Positions 14,887 through 24,394 of a DNA stretch of 61,565 nucleotides are shown here, piece by piece (position 1 is the first letter of the stretch; every line of letters begins with the position of its first letter). Position numbers and translations under genes: made by a program. The stretch comes from Candidatus Caccoplasma merdipullorum (GTDB lineage: Bacteria; Bacteroidota; Bacteroidia; Bacteroidales; G3-4614). The notes below the pieces were generated by a model. It worked only from the letters and a program-made list of their open reading frames with translations, made no database searches and was not told the origin of the DNA. Where the stretch lies: positions 1 to 61,565 of the forward strand of contig JADIMW010000068.1 of the NCBI GenBank assembly GCA_017694415.1, given 5' to 3'.

Positions 14887-15094
14887 CTAATTCGTTAGAT
14901 TGTCGATAGGGTATTCCCGTTTGCTTTTGTTTGGATTCGTGAATTGACAAATTTTGCTTTCGGAATAGTTGGTTTGGGTGCATCCGTGCAAACCTCGGGA
15001 TCGACCCTGCTGTCGGGGATTATAAGGATTGGCCGCCAATTACGCGCATGCACTGTGGCTTGAACAATGGCGATTGCGGAATCTGAACAGGATG

Positions 15095-15277
15095 TTAGTC
15101 GCGATGTTCAGTGGTTGTAAAAACGGATGATCTTTTGTCCTTTCTGAAAAGGGACAGGAAACCTTTTACTACACCATGGTAAACGAAGTAAAGCAACATG
15201 ATCGGTAATCCCACGACGAGGGCGAACCATGTTATAACCGTGAAGGCGGATGCCAAGAATGTAAGAAATGTTTCCAT
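15095..15277 (-). CDS. Small membrane protein
   Basis: 60 aa, hydrophobic N-terminal two thirds then a basic tail; minus-strand TACATTTG promoter element at ~15299-15306. Confidence 0.65.
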   Translation of the reverse strand: METFLTFLASAFTVITWFALVVGLPIMLLYFVYHGVVKGFLSLFRKDKRSSVFTTTEHRD

Positions 15278-15397
15278 ACTGTTATTTATAACCTGTTACA
15301 AATGTAGCGATTTTTTTTAAGATTGGCATGTATATTTGATTATTAATATTTTGTTCCGATCTATATCGTCATATCTGCTTTATCGTGTTTTTTGCCG

Positions 15398-15946
15398 CTA
15401 CACAAAGTCGCACAGGTACAGGTGCGTATCGTCGTCTATCATTTCGGGTGTTATTTTCGGGTATCGCCGGTTGTGGCGTTTCGGCCACGGCAGTAACCCG
15501 TCTTTGGGATATACGGGATAATTTTCTACTACGGTGTACTTCGACATGTCTGCCGTACCCCGGCGATATATGTTCCATGTTTTCTTGTTATCGACCGTAT
15601 AATGGATATGTTCTGCTACTGTAGGCAACGACAGCAGGGTATCGATATATTCGCGGAAAGTATCGACATCGCCTTTTTCCAATATTATGCGCCCTACTGC
15701 TCCGGGTTTCAACAGTACTTCCTGCAACAACTGGCAATCGCCTTTTTCATATTTTATTTTCCCGTGTCCGTAATATGACGGCAATATGGCGTTTTTTTCC
15801 ATACAGACTCGTATGTCGAAGTACCTTACTCCTGCGGCATATTGTTCTTCGGGGGTTTTATCTTGACACTTGCTTGTAAAGTTTATCAGTTTCATCCACC
15901 ATTTATGCGGTTTCAGATACGTCATCGTGTTATGGCTTCCTGTCAT
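15398..15946 (-). CDS. PI-PLC X-domain-like phosphodiesterase (phage-type)
   Basis: GSHNTMTY...CQDKT.EEQY.AGVRYFDIRV...HG matches the PI-PLC catalytic His motifs. Confidence 0.75.
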   Translation of the reverse strand: MTGSHNTMTYLKPHKWWMKLINFTSKCQDKTPEEQYAAGVRYFDIRVCMEKNAILPSYYGHGKIKYEKGDCQLLQEVLLKPGAVGRIILEKGDVDTFREYIDTLLSLPTVAEHIHYTVDNKKTWNIYRRGTADMSKYTVVENYPVYPKDGLLPWPKRHNRRYPKITPEMIDDDTHLYLCDFV

Positions 15947-16122
15947 AATCCTGTTTTTGGTTCGTGGTTATCTTATGTTGTTATGCGTCTGCGAATTTAC
16001 ATGTGGACGATATGGATGTTTTGTTATTTTTATAAAAACAGAAAGGGGTAACGCCGATTTATTCTCGACATCACCCCTTTGGGTTTTTATTTATGAGATA
16101 CTGCTTATTCCTGCCTGCGCTG

Positions 16123-16779
16123 TTATTCGATATATTTTATCTTGTCGGCTTTACGGGGTTTTGCAGCGGGTGCTTCGTCGGGATACCCGAACCCTATGCA
16201 ATAGAGCAACTGATACCCTTCGGAGAAAGAGAGTTTTTTAAGGTATTCGGCTGCGGCATCGGACTTCATAAAGGCTGCCGGCCCGCCGAGGCAACATGAG
16301 CCTATTCCCATCGACCATGCTGATAGTATCATGTTTTCGCCGAGCAGACCGCAATCTATCTGCGACATGCCGTACGAGGGATCGTTGGCTATGAATACTA
16401 CCGTCGGGGCATTGCGGAACATGTTTACGAAAGTCGTGTCTTCTGCAACTTTCGGGTTCTGCTTTTTGTACAGTTCGGTTACTCCGTTTATAAATTCGGC
16501 GTTATCTACCACTCGTATTTCCCACGACTGCTTGTTTTGTCCGTTAGGTGCGTTTATGCCGCACGTCAGAATCAAATCCATCGTATCGCGGTTTACCGGT
16601 ACGGGTTTATACTTTCTTACGCTGCGACGGGACATTATGGTTTCTATGACTTCGTTTTTGTCGGCTGCCGCCTTATCGGCATCGGTTCCGCACCCTTCTG
16701 TTCCCGAACATCCTGTTATTATACTTGCAATAAGGACTGCAGCAATCATGGAAATTTTGCATGATACTCTTTTTTTCAT
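16123..16779 (-). CDS. Nitroreductase family protein with lipoprotein-like N-terminus
   Basis: IMSRRSVRKY, APNGQNKQSW, DCGLLGENMILSAWSMGIGSC; start placed at MKKRV. Confidence 0.92.
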   Translation of the reverse strand: MKKRVSCKISMIAAVLIASIITGCSGTEGCGTDADKAAADKNEVIETIMSRRSVRKYKPVPVNRDTMDLILTCGINAPNGQNKQSWEIRVVDNAEFINGVTELYKKQNPKVAEDTTFVNMFRNAPTVVFIANDPSYGMSQIDCGLLGENMILSAWSMGIGSCCLGGPAAFMKSDAAAEYLKKLSFSEGYQLLYCIGFGYPDEAPAAKPRKADKIKYIE

Positions 16780-17128
16780 ATTCAATGTGTTTTCTGTTTT
16801 TATATATTTCGGTTGCGAATATAGCAATTTATTCAGTACGTATAAATAAAGCGGCTATTGTATAATCGTTTCATATATGTTTGTCTTTTTTTATAAAGGC
16901 ATCATGTTGTTTAGGTTTTTATACTCCGGTGCTTGTCGGTATGTGCGATTTAATTTGTAAATTGACGTCGATTTGATGGCTATGGTGTAATATTGGTAGG
17001 CTTTTCTGTAATTTGGATAATGGGTGCGGATATTTTACCGAATATATTTGCATTGTGGGAGGATATTGGAATAATGGCTTGCCGTTTTTACTTCCTTTTA
17101 TTTTTTAATTTTAAACCTCAAAGCAACC

Positions 17129-18619
17129 GTGTTACGGAAATTTAGATTAGTTGTTGCCGGCGTGTTTTTTATTGCTATCACGCTGCTGTTTCTTGATTTT
17201 ACCGGATGTATTCACAAGTGGCTGGGCTGGATGGCGAGGATACAGTTTGTTCCGGCGGTTCTCGGTGTCAATGTGGCGATAATAGTTGGTCTTGTCATTT
17301 TGACATTGGTCTTCGGGCGCATATACTGTTCGGTTATATGCCCGCTGGGGGTAATGCAGGATATTATAGCATGGATAGGGAAAAAGGGACGCCGCCTGCC
17401 TTATTCGTATTCAAAGGCATTGTCCTGGTTGCGGTACTCTTTTCTGGCACTGTTTATTGTTGTGTTGGTTGCAGGGACTTGCTCTCTTGTAACGTTGCTG
17501 GAACCTTACTCTACATACGGAAACATAGCCTCCAACCTGTTGCAACCGATATGGAAACTCGGCAACAATCTGCTTGCTTTTTTCGCGGAGAGGATAAACA
17601 GTTATGCTTTTTACGAGACAACGGTATGGATAAAGAGCGGCGTTGCGTTTGGCGTTTCGCTCGGGCTGCTGGTAATAATAGGGATTATGGCTTGGCGCAA
17701 CGGGCGGACTTATTGTAATACGGTATGTCCTGTGGGAACACTTCTCGGCCTGTTGTCGCGTTATTCTTTGCTGCGCCCGGTTATCGATACGGATAAATGT
17801 AACGGTTGTTCTCTCTGCTCGCGCAACTGCAAGGCTGCATGTATCGACTATAAGGAACACAAAATAGATTATTCGCGATGTGTTGTCTGTATGGACTGCA
17901 TGGAGAACTGCAAGCAGCATGCCATAAGTTACAGGCTGAGGACGGCTAAAAAAGGGACGGAAGTGCCTCCTGTTAAAGGGAATGATAATATCGACGGGAC
18001 TCGTCGCGGGGTTATTTCCGGACTTGGATTGTTGGCTTCGACGGCTACATTTGCCGCCGGCATGAAGAAGGTGGATGGCGGGCTGGCCGTCATTCTCGAC
18101 AAGAAAGCTCCCGACCGCCATACGCGAATCGTTCCGCCTGGTGCGTTGTCGCTGCGCAATCTGGACAAGCATTGCGTAGGTTGCCAGTTGTGCATATCGG
18201 TATGTCCTAACGATGTGCTGCGTCCGTCCGACAAACTCGATAATTTCATGCATCCTGTCATGAGTTATGAACGGGGGTATTGCCGTCCGGAGTGTACTAA
18301 ATGTTCGGAGGTCTGCCCCACCCTGTCGATAAGGAAAATTGATGTTGCCGGAAAATCGTCTGTTCAGATTGGCCATGCGGTATGGATAAAGGGGAATTGT
18401 CTGGCGGCCTCGGAAGGGGTTGAATGCGACAACTGCCATGTTCACTGTCCTGTCGGTGCAATATCGATGGTTGAAAATGTGGACAATAGCTCAGGGCCCA
18501 AAATACCGGTAGTCAATACTGCTCGGTGTATCGGGTGCGGAGCTTGCGAATATTTGTGTCCTGCAAGGCCGTTCAGTGCATTGTATGTTGAGGGACACGA
18601 GAATCACAGAACTATTTAA
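17129..18619 (+). CDS. Membrane 4Fe-4S dicluster protein (NapH/MauN-like)
   Basis: TM segments, CSVICPLG and CNTVCPVG motifs, several CxxCxxCxxxCP motifs. Confidence 0.9.
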   Translation: MLRKFRLVVAGVFFIAITLLFLDFTGCIHKWLGWMARIQFVPAVLGVNVAIIVGLVILTLVFGRIYCSVICPLGVMQDIIAWIGKKGRRLPYSYSKALSWLRYSFLALFIVVLVAGTCSLVTLLEPYSTYGNIASNLLQPIWKLGNNLLAFFAERINSYAFYETTVWIKSGVAFGVSLGLLVIIGIMAWRNGRTYCNTVCPVGTLLGLLSRYSLLRPVIDTDKCNGCSLCSRNCKAACIDYKEHKIDYSRCVVCMDCMENCKQHAISYRLRTAKKGTEVPPVKGNDNIDGTRRGVISGLGLLASTATFAAGMKKVDGGLAVILDKKAPDRHTRIVPPGALSLRNLDKHCVGCQLCISVCPNDVLRPSDKLDNFMHPVMSYERGYCRPECTKCSEVCPTLSIRKIDVAGKSSVQIGHAVWIKGNCLAASEGVECDNCHVHCPVGAISMVENVDNSSGPKIPVVNTARCIGCGACEYLCPARPFSALYVEGHENHRTI

Positions 18620-18632
18620 TTTATTTCCGACT

Positions 18633-20051
18633 ATGGAGAGGGATAATAAAGATAACGGTAAAAGGATAGACCGCCGCGAGTTCCTGAAACGTTTCGGAGG
18701 GGGTGCGGCATTGACGGCTGCGGCTCTTGCCGGATGTAAAACCGATGATGGTACGTCGGATTCGGAGGGTAACGGGGAGATTGTCCCGGGCAAGATGACT
18801 TACCGTACAAATCCGAAAACCGGAGAAAAAGTTTCTATTCTGGGTTACGGGTGCATGCGTTGGCCGACTGTGGATAATGACAGCGCCAGAGATTCGGACG
18901 GTGAGATAGATCAGGAAATGGTGAACCGTCTGGTGGATTATGCCATTGAGCATGGCGTCAATTATTTCGATACGTCGCCTGTTTATTGCAAAGGGAAATC
19001 GGAACATGCCACGGGTATTGCACTAAGCCGACACCCGCGCGATAAATATTTCATAGCGACTAAACTTTCAAATTCTTCGCCTGCGGTATGGAGCCGCGAG
19101 GCATCGATGGTGATGTACAATAATTCGTTCAAGGAGTTGCAGGTGGAGTATATCGACTATATGCTGTTGCACTCCGTAGGTATGGGGAATGGGATGGACA
19201 CCCTTTTTGCCCGGTACTTCGATAACGGTATGCTCGATTTCCTTATCTCGGAAAGGGAAAAGGGGAAAATACGCAACCTCGGTTTTTCGTATCACGGGGA
19301 TATAAGGGTTTTTGATTATCTGTTGTCGCGGCATGATGAAATTAAATGGGATTTTGTACAGATTCAGTTGAACTATGTGGACTGGAAACATGCCAAAGAG
19401 GTTAATGAACGGAATACCGACGCTGAATATCTTTACGGGGAGTTGCAGAAGCGAGGGATACCTGCGATAATTATGGAACCTCTTTTGGGGGGACGGCTGT
19501 CGTCGGTCCACGACCATATCGCGGCAAAGCTGAAACAGAAAAAGCCTGATGAGAGCGTTGCTTCCTGGGCATTCCGCTTTGCCGGAACGTTTCCGGGCGT
19601 CCTTACGGTATTGAGCGGCATGACTTATATGGAACATCTTCAGGACAACATAAAGACTTATTCGCCTCTGAAACCGCTTACCGACGACGATATGGCGTTT
19701 CTCGAAGAGATTGCCCGCCAAATGCTGCGCTACCCTACCATACCGTGCAACGACTGCCAGTACTGTATGCCGTGCCCTTACGGATTGGATATTCCGGGTG
19801 TTCTGCTGCATTTCAACAAGTGCATTAATGAGGGAAACATGCCGTCTTCTTCGCAGGATGCCAATTACCGAAAGGCACGCAGGGCTTTTCTCGTAGGGTA
19901 TGACCGTTCTGTCCCGCGATTGCGGCAGGCCGACCACTGTACCGGCTGCCGCGAATGTGTCGCTCACTGTCCGCAAGGAATTGATATTCCTGCCGAGATG
20001 CGACGTATAGATAAATTCGTGGAGGACATGAAACAGGGACGTCCGTTTTAA
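18633..20051 (+). CDS. Aldo/keto reductase with Tat signal and C-terminal Fe-S domain
   Basis: DRREFLK, SILGYGCMRWP, GVNYFDTSPVY, CNDCQYCMPCP, CTGCRECVAHCP. Confidence 0.92.
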   Translation: MERDNKDNGKRIDRREFLKRFGGGAALTAAALAGCKTDDGTSDSEGNGEIVPGKMTYRTNPKTGEKVSILGYGCMRWPTVDNDSARDSDGEIDQEMVNRLVDYAIEHGVNYFDTSPVYCKGKSEHATGIALSRHPRDKYFIATKLSNSSPAVWSREASMVMYNNSFKELQVEYIDYMLLHSVGMGNGMDTLFARYFDNGMLDFLISEREKGKIRNLGFSYHGDIRVFDYLLSRHDEIKWDFVQIQLNYVDWKHAKEVNERNTDAEYLYGELQKRGIPAIIMEPLLGGRLSSVHDHIAAKLKQKKPDESVASWAFRFAGTFPGVLTVLSGMTYMEHLQDNIKTYSPLKPLTDDDMAFLEEIARQMLRYPTIPCNDCQYCMPCPYGLDIPGVLLHFNKCINEGNMPSSSQDANYRKARRAFLVGYDRSVPRLRQADHCTGCRECVAHCPQGIDIPAEMRRIDKFVEDMKQGRPF

Positions 20052-20184
20052 TTCCAAATGATATACCGGATTGCCGGGGTCGGATAAGTGTCCCGCCCAA
20101 AAAACTGCTAAATACTGCAATTTGTATTGTACGGCAGGAGAAACTGCAAATTTTATAAAACAAAAACAAACGGAGATTGTTAAT

Positions 20185-20619
20185 ATGCCACCGAAAGGGA
20201 ACAGGGAGGATGCAATTGAGTATCTCAAAACTGAAAGTTGTTCGTGTGTAATATGCAATAACGGTAATTTATACCCATATTTTGGAAGGGGTGTTGCCGA
20301 CCTGCTGTACGTATTGGAGAAGGAACCGGAAATAATGGCCGGGGCTTTTATCGCCGACAAGGTTGTTGGCAAGGCGGCGGCTGCATTGATGATTACAGGC
20401 AAGGCAAAGGAAATCTATGCTGTTACTGTAAGCGAACCTGCTTTGGATTTGTTGAACAGATTTAATGTAAAGATTGTGTATGAGGTTTTGACCGGACATA
20501 TCATAAACAGGACGGGGACTGATTGGTGTCCTTTGGAAAGGTTATGTTCCGGCGCAAGCGATGTTGCCGATTGCGTATCGCTTATTAAGGGTTTTGTAAA
20601 CAGCAACAAAAGGGCATGA
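20185..20619 (+). CDS. DUF1893 family protein
   Basis: GRGVADL, ADKVVGKAAAALM, IINRTGTDWCPLE; start uncertain. Confidence 0.85.
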   Translation: MPPKGNREDAIEYLKTESCSCVICNNGNLYPYFGRGVADLLYVLEKEPEIMAGAFIADKVVGKAAAALMITGKAKEIYAVTVSEPALDLLNRFNVKIVYEVLTGHIINRTGTDWCPLERLCSGASDVADCVSLIKGFVNSNKRA

Positions 20620-22520
20620 TGAAAAGAGGGGGTCTGTTATTATTGTTTTTAGAGGTGTTTTTTTCATTGCGTACCTATGCGGAAGGAACGCTTACCGTCG
20701 ATTCCGACAGTGTATCGGTACAACATTCGCTGAACGAGGTTGTGGTTACCGGCACTCGCAACAGAACTGATATAAGGCATCTGCCTATGACTATCTCCAT
20801 AATTAACAGTGATGTGGTGGAGGAACGGCACGCCCCGTATTTGCTGCCTGTTATTACAAGCGAAGTCCCCGGCTTTTTCAGCACTTCGAGGGGTATTATG
20901 GGTTATGGCGTGTCGGGCGGCTCTGCCGGCAGCATGAGCATACGCGGTATCAGCAGCAGTTCGGGAGGATTGATGGTTCTTATTGACGGTCATCCGCAAT
21001 ATATGGGGATTATGGGACATCCTGTTGCCGATGCCTATCAAAGTCCTATGGCCGAAAGGGTTGAAGTGCTGCGCGGACCGGCTTCTGCTCTTTACGGCTC
21101 TAACGCAATGGGCGGCGTGGTCAATATCGTTACGAAACAGTTGAAAGATGACGGTGTAGAGACGGACATTGATGCCGGATACGGATCGTTCAATACGTTC
21201 CAGAGCGGAATTTCCAACAGCGTCCGCAAAGGGAGGTTTTCAAGTACTGTAAACGGCACATACAACAGGACGGACGGCCACCGTCGGGATATGGGTTTTG
21301 AGCAGTACGGCGGCTATGTGAAGCTGGGCTGCGACATTTCGGATAAATGGGGGTTGGGCGGCGATACCAATGTTACGCATTTCAACGCTTCGAACCCGGG
21401 TGAGATTGACGACCCGCTTATTGATGCGAAACAGCATATAACCCGCGGCATGGCATCGCTGTTTTTAAAAAACGAATATAAACGGAGTTCGGGCAACATC
21501 AGCGTTTTCTACAATTGGGGGCATCACAAGATAAACGACGGCTATACGACCGACCCGAATGATGATGATGAAGCGAAGGATTATCTGTATTATTCGAACG
21601 ATAACATGTTTGGTGTGTCGGCGTTTCAGAACTTGCGTTTTTTCGAGGGGAACAACATTACTTTGGGAGTGGATTATTTCAGATTCGGAGGCAAGGCGTG
21701 GAATGCTTATTTTAACGGAACGGAAAGAAGCCTTACCGACAAGACGGAGAATGAGATTGCCGGATATGTAGGGGTTCGCCAGACGTTGCTGCGTTTTATG
21801 ACTATTGATGCGGCTGTCCGTATCGACCACCACTCTTCGGCCGGGACGGAATGGATTCCTCAGGCCGGCGTGTCTTTTAACATGAGAAGGGATATGCTGC
21901 TTAAATTTATGGCGAGCCGCGGTTTCAGGTTTCCCACCATAAAGGAAATGTACATGTTCGCATCGGCTAATCCCGACTTGAAGGCCGAGAGTTTGTGGAA
22001 TTACGAGATTTCTTTTTCGCAGGCACTGCCCGAAACGGGCATTTCATACGGAGTGAACCTGTTTTATATCGACGGCCGTAACATGATTTATACCAATATG
22101 ATTAACGGCAGGCCGAAGAATGTAAATTCGGGTGCGATTGATAATGCGGGGGTTGAATCGCAGATTAAATATTTAATAAACCGCAACTGGAGCGTAAACG
22201 CCAATTACAGCTTCCTGCACATGGAGAATCCGGTTCTTGCCGCACCGCAGCACAAACTTCATGTGGGAGCATCTTTTAACATGGGTCGCTGGTCGGCGAG
22301 CTCAACAATAGACTACATAAACGGGTTATATACTCAAACGGGAACTAACGCGATGACCGAGAGTTTCGTTTTGTGGAATATATACGGCAGCTTCAAAGCG
22401 GCCAAATGGATAGACATCTGGGTTAAAGGGGAAAATCTGCTGGCTCAACGGTATGAAATCATCGCCGGTTTTCCGATGCCTAAGGCTACATTTATGGGTG
22501 GATTTAATATAAACATATAA
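20616..22520 (+). CDS. TonB-dependent receptor
   Basis: LNEVVVTGTR TonB box, ERVEVLRGPASALYGSNAMGGVVNIVT plug, beta-barrel C-terminus. Confidence 0.95.
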   Translation: MMKRGGLLLLFLEVFFSLRTYAEGTLTVDSDSVSVQHSLNEVVVTGTRNRTDIRHLPMTISIINSDVVEERHAPYLLPVITSEVPGFFSTSRGIMGYGVSGGSAGSMSIRGISSSSGGLMVLIDGHPQYMGIMGHPVADAYQSPMAERVEVLRGPASALYGSNAMGGVVNIVTKQLKDDGVETDIDAGYGSFNTFQSGISNSVRKGRFSSTVNGTYNRTDGHRRDMGFEQYGGYVKLGCDISDKWGLGGDTNVTHFNASNPGEIDDPLIDAKQHITRGMASLFLKNEYKRSSGNISVFYNWGHHKINDGYTTDPNDDDEAKDYLYYSNDNMFGVSAFQNLRFFEGNNITLGVDYFRFGGKAWNAYFNGTERSLTDKTENEIAGYVGVRQTLLRFMTIDAAVRIDHHSSAGTEWIPQAGVSFNMRRDMLLKFMASRGFRFPTIKEMYMFASANPDLKAESLWNYEISFSQALPETGISYGVNLFYIDGRNMIYTNMINGRPKNVNSGAIDNAGVESQIKYLINRNWSVNANYSFLHMENPVLAAPQHKLHVGASFNMGRWSASSTIDYINGLYTQTGTNAMTESFVLWNIYGSFKAAKWIDIWVKGENLLAQRYEIIAGFPMPKATFMGGFNINI

Positions 22521-22537
22521 TAAAAACAAGAGCTATT

Positions 22538-23536
22538 ATGGAAAAGAGAGGTGCCATATCGATATTGCCGATGCTTATGCTCCTGCCGCTGCTGTGTGGA
22601 TGCGGCAAATTGAGCGCATCGAGGAGTGTAGCCGATATTAAACGTCAAGATGAAATGAATATTCCCAAGGTCTATTTTATAAGGGAGATTACTCCGGAGA
22701 ATCTGCAAAAGGTTTATGATGCGCTCGGCCGTAAGGCGTCGGGCAAAGTTGCTGTAAAACTATCGACTGGTGAACCGGGAAACGACAATCACTTGTCGCC
22801 TGCTCTTATTTCGGATTTTGTAAAGGGATTGAACGGTACGATTATTGAGTGCAATACTGCATACGGCGGAGGCAGGGCTGATACGGAGAATCATCTGAAG
22901 GCTGCAAAGGAGCATGGTTTTACCGATATTGCCACCGTGGACATAATGGACGCCGAGGGTGAAGCGACATTGCCTGTTACGGGCGGAAAACACCTTAAGG
23001 AGAATTTCATCGGCAAGAACTTTTTAAATTATGATTTTACTGTCGTACTGTCGCATTTTAAAGGACACCCCATGGCCGGTTTCGGCGGCGCGATAAAGAA
23101 TATATCTATCGGAATTGCTTCTTCGTCGGGTAAGGCGTGGATTCATTCGGCCGGTGCGACAAGGGACTGTGTGGCGGTATGGGGCGAATTGCCGGAACAG
23201 GATGCTTTTCTTGAAGCGATGGCTGAAGCGGCTAAAGCTGTCATCGATCATTGCGGTAATAATATTTTGTATATAAGTGTCGCCAACAACTTGTCGGTGG
23301 ACTGCGACTGCGTGGCTACGCCTGAGGCTCCCGAAATGGGTGATATAGGTATTCTGGCTTCGCTCGACCCTGTTGCTCTTGACAAGGCTTGCATTGACCT
23401 CGTCCGTTCGTCGTCCGATGAAGGGAAAGAGGCTCTTATCGAACGTATCGACTCGCGGAACGGAATGCATACGCTGGAGTATGCCGAGAGTCTCGGACTC
23501 GGCAACTTGCAGTATGAACTTGTAAATCTCGATTAA
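22538..23536 (+). CDS. DUF362 Fe-S domain lipoprotein
   Basis: VAVKLSTGEPG, ECNTAYGGGR, SHFKGH..AGFGGAIKN, DCDC, SLDPVALDKAC. Confidence 0.88.
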   Translation: MEKRGAISILPMLMLLPLLCGCGKLSASRSVADIKRQDEMNIPKVYFIREITPENLQKVYDALGRKASGKVAVKLSTGEPGNDNHLSPALISDFVKGLNGTIIECNTAYGGGRADTENHLKAAKEHGFTDIATVDIMDAEGEATLPVTGGKHLKENFIGKNFLNYDFTVVLSHFKGHPMAGFGGAIKNISIGIASSSGKAWIHSAGATRDCVAVWGELPEQDAFLEAMAEAAKAVIDHCGNNILYISVANNLSVDCDCVATPEAPEMGDIGILASLDPVALDKACIDLVRSSSDEGKEALIERIDSRNGMHTLEYAESLGLGNLQYELVNLD

Positions 23537-23548
23537 ATTATTTATATC

Positions 23549-24067
23549 ATGCAAACTAAATCTGTAAACTTTTATTCGTTGAGATATTCCGATGTGCGGA
23601 CTTATCTGTTTGCTGCTGCTTTTATTGCCGGGAACATGGTGCTTCCCCAACTGTTTCATCTCGTCCCGAACGGGGGTATAATATGGCTCCCTATCTACTT
23701 CTTTACTCTGGTCGGGGCGTATAAATACGGTTGGCGTGTGGGATTGCTTACGGCTGTATTGTCGCCGCTGGCAAATTCGCTTTTGTTCGGTATGCCGGCA
23801 ATGGGTTCTCTGCCTGCGATATTGATAAAATCGGTATTGCTTGCAACGGCTGCCTGGATTGCCGCCGGCAGATTCCGTAAGGCTTCTCTACCGTTGCTCG
23901 CCGCAGTAATCTTGTTTTATCAGTGTTTCGGGACTCTGGCGGAGTGGGCATTATGCGGTTCGCTGTATGATGCTCTTCAGGATTTCAGAATGGGTATTCC
24001 GGGCATGTTGCTGCAGCTTGTCGGAGGGTACTTTTTTATCAACTTGTTAATCCGGAAACAGTTATGA
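23549..24067 (+). CDS. ECF transporter S-component-like membrane protein
   Basis: Multi-TM; LPQLFH...[15 protein letters not shown]...LSPL. Confidence 0.75.
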   Translation: MQTKSVNFYSLRYSDVRTYLFAAAFIAGNMVLPQLFHLVPNGGIIWLPIYFFTLVGAYKYGWRVGLLTAVLSPLANSLLFGMPAMGSLPAILIKSVLLATAAWIAAGRFRKASLPLLAAVILFYQCFGTLAEWALCGSLYDALQDFRMGIPGMLLQLVGGYFFINLLIRKQL

Positions 24068-24276
24068 TTACTCTTTTTATCGGCGGTATCGGTATGCAGG
24101 AGATTCTGGTTATAGGTCTTATTGTTTTGCTCCTTTTCGGCGGGAAAAAGATTCCCGAACTTATGAAAGGGCTCGGTAAGGGGGTACGCAGTTTTAAAGA
24201 CGGGATGAGCAGCATAGAGAAGGAGTGCGACGTTACGGATAACAAGACCGATAGGGAGAACTCGCAACAGCAATAA
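24064..24276 (+). CDS. tatA: Twin-arginine translocase TatA/TatE
   Basis: [36 protein letters not shown]. Confidence 0.96.
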   Translation: MITLFIGGIGMQEILVIGLIVLLLFGGKKIPELMKGLGKGVRSFKDGMSSIEKECDVTDNKTDRENSQQQ

Positions 24277-24394
24277 ACGCTCCCTTACTCTTTGTATTGT
24301 TGCCGTACAGTTTACGGCAGGAAAAAGCCATATCGACTTTTGTATAAATGTATCGATATGGCTTTTTTACTTGCAACTGTTATTGTACCGACGG

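Larger units (their letters stand above)
13866..14953 (+). repeat. ~127 bp direct repeat pair (13866-13992 and 14826-14953)
   Basis: Encodes LSIHES.QKQTGIPYR.SNELDENG.PFVLASDGTTI.G.I; the 14.8 kb copy has one extra A (14861-65). The coordinates span both copies. Confidence 0.95.
1228..16050. mobile_element. Degenerate phage-derived island at tRNA-Pro (no integrase or attR seen)
   Basis: Starts at the tRNA 3' end. Contains an excisionase-like HTH gene, large polyvalent protein fragments and a PI-PLC-like gene, all on the minus strand. Host-type genes resume at 16123; the right boundary is approximate. Confidence 0.75.

Noticed and set aside
15005-15020. GTCGGGG as an att copy of the tRNA-Pro 3' end
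   Set aside because: Only 7 nt and inverted; expected by chance.
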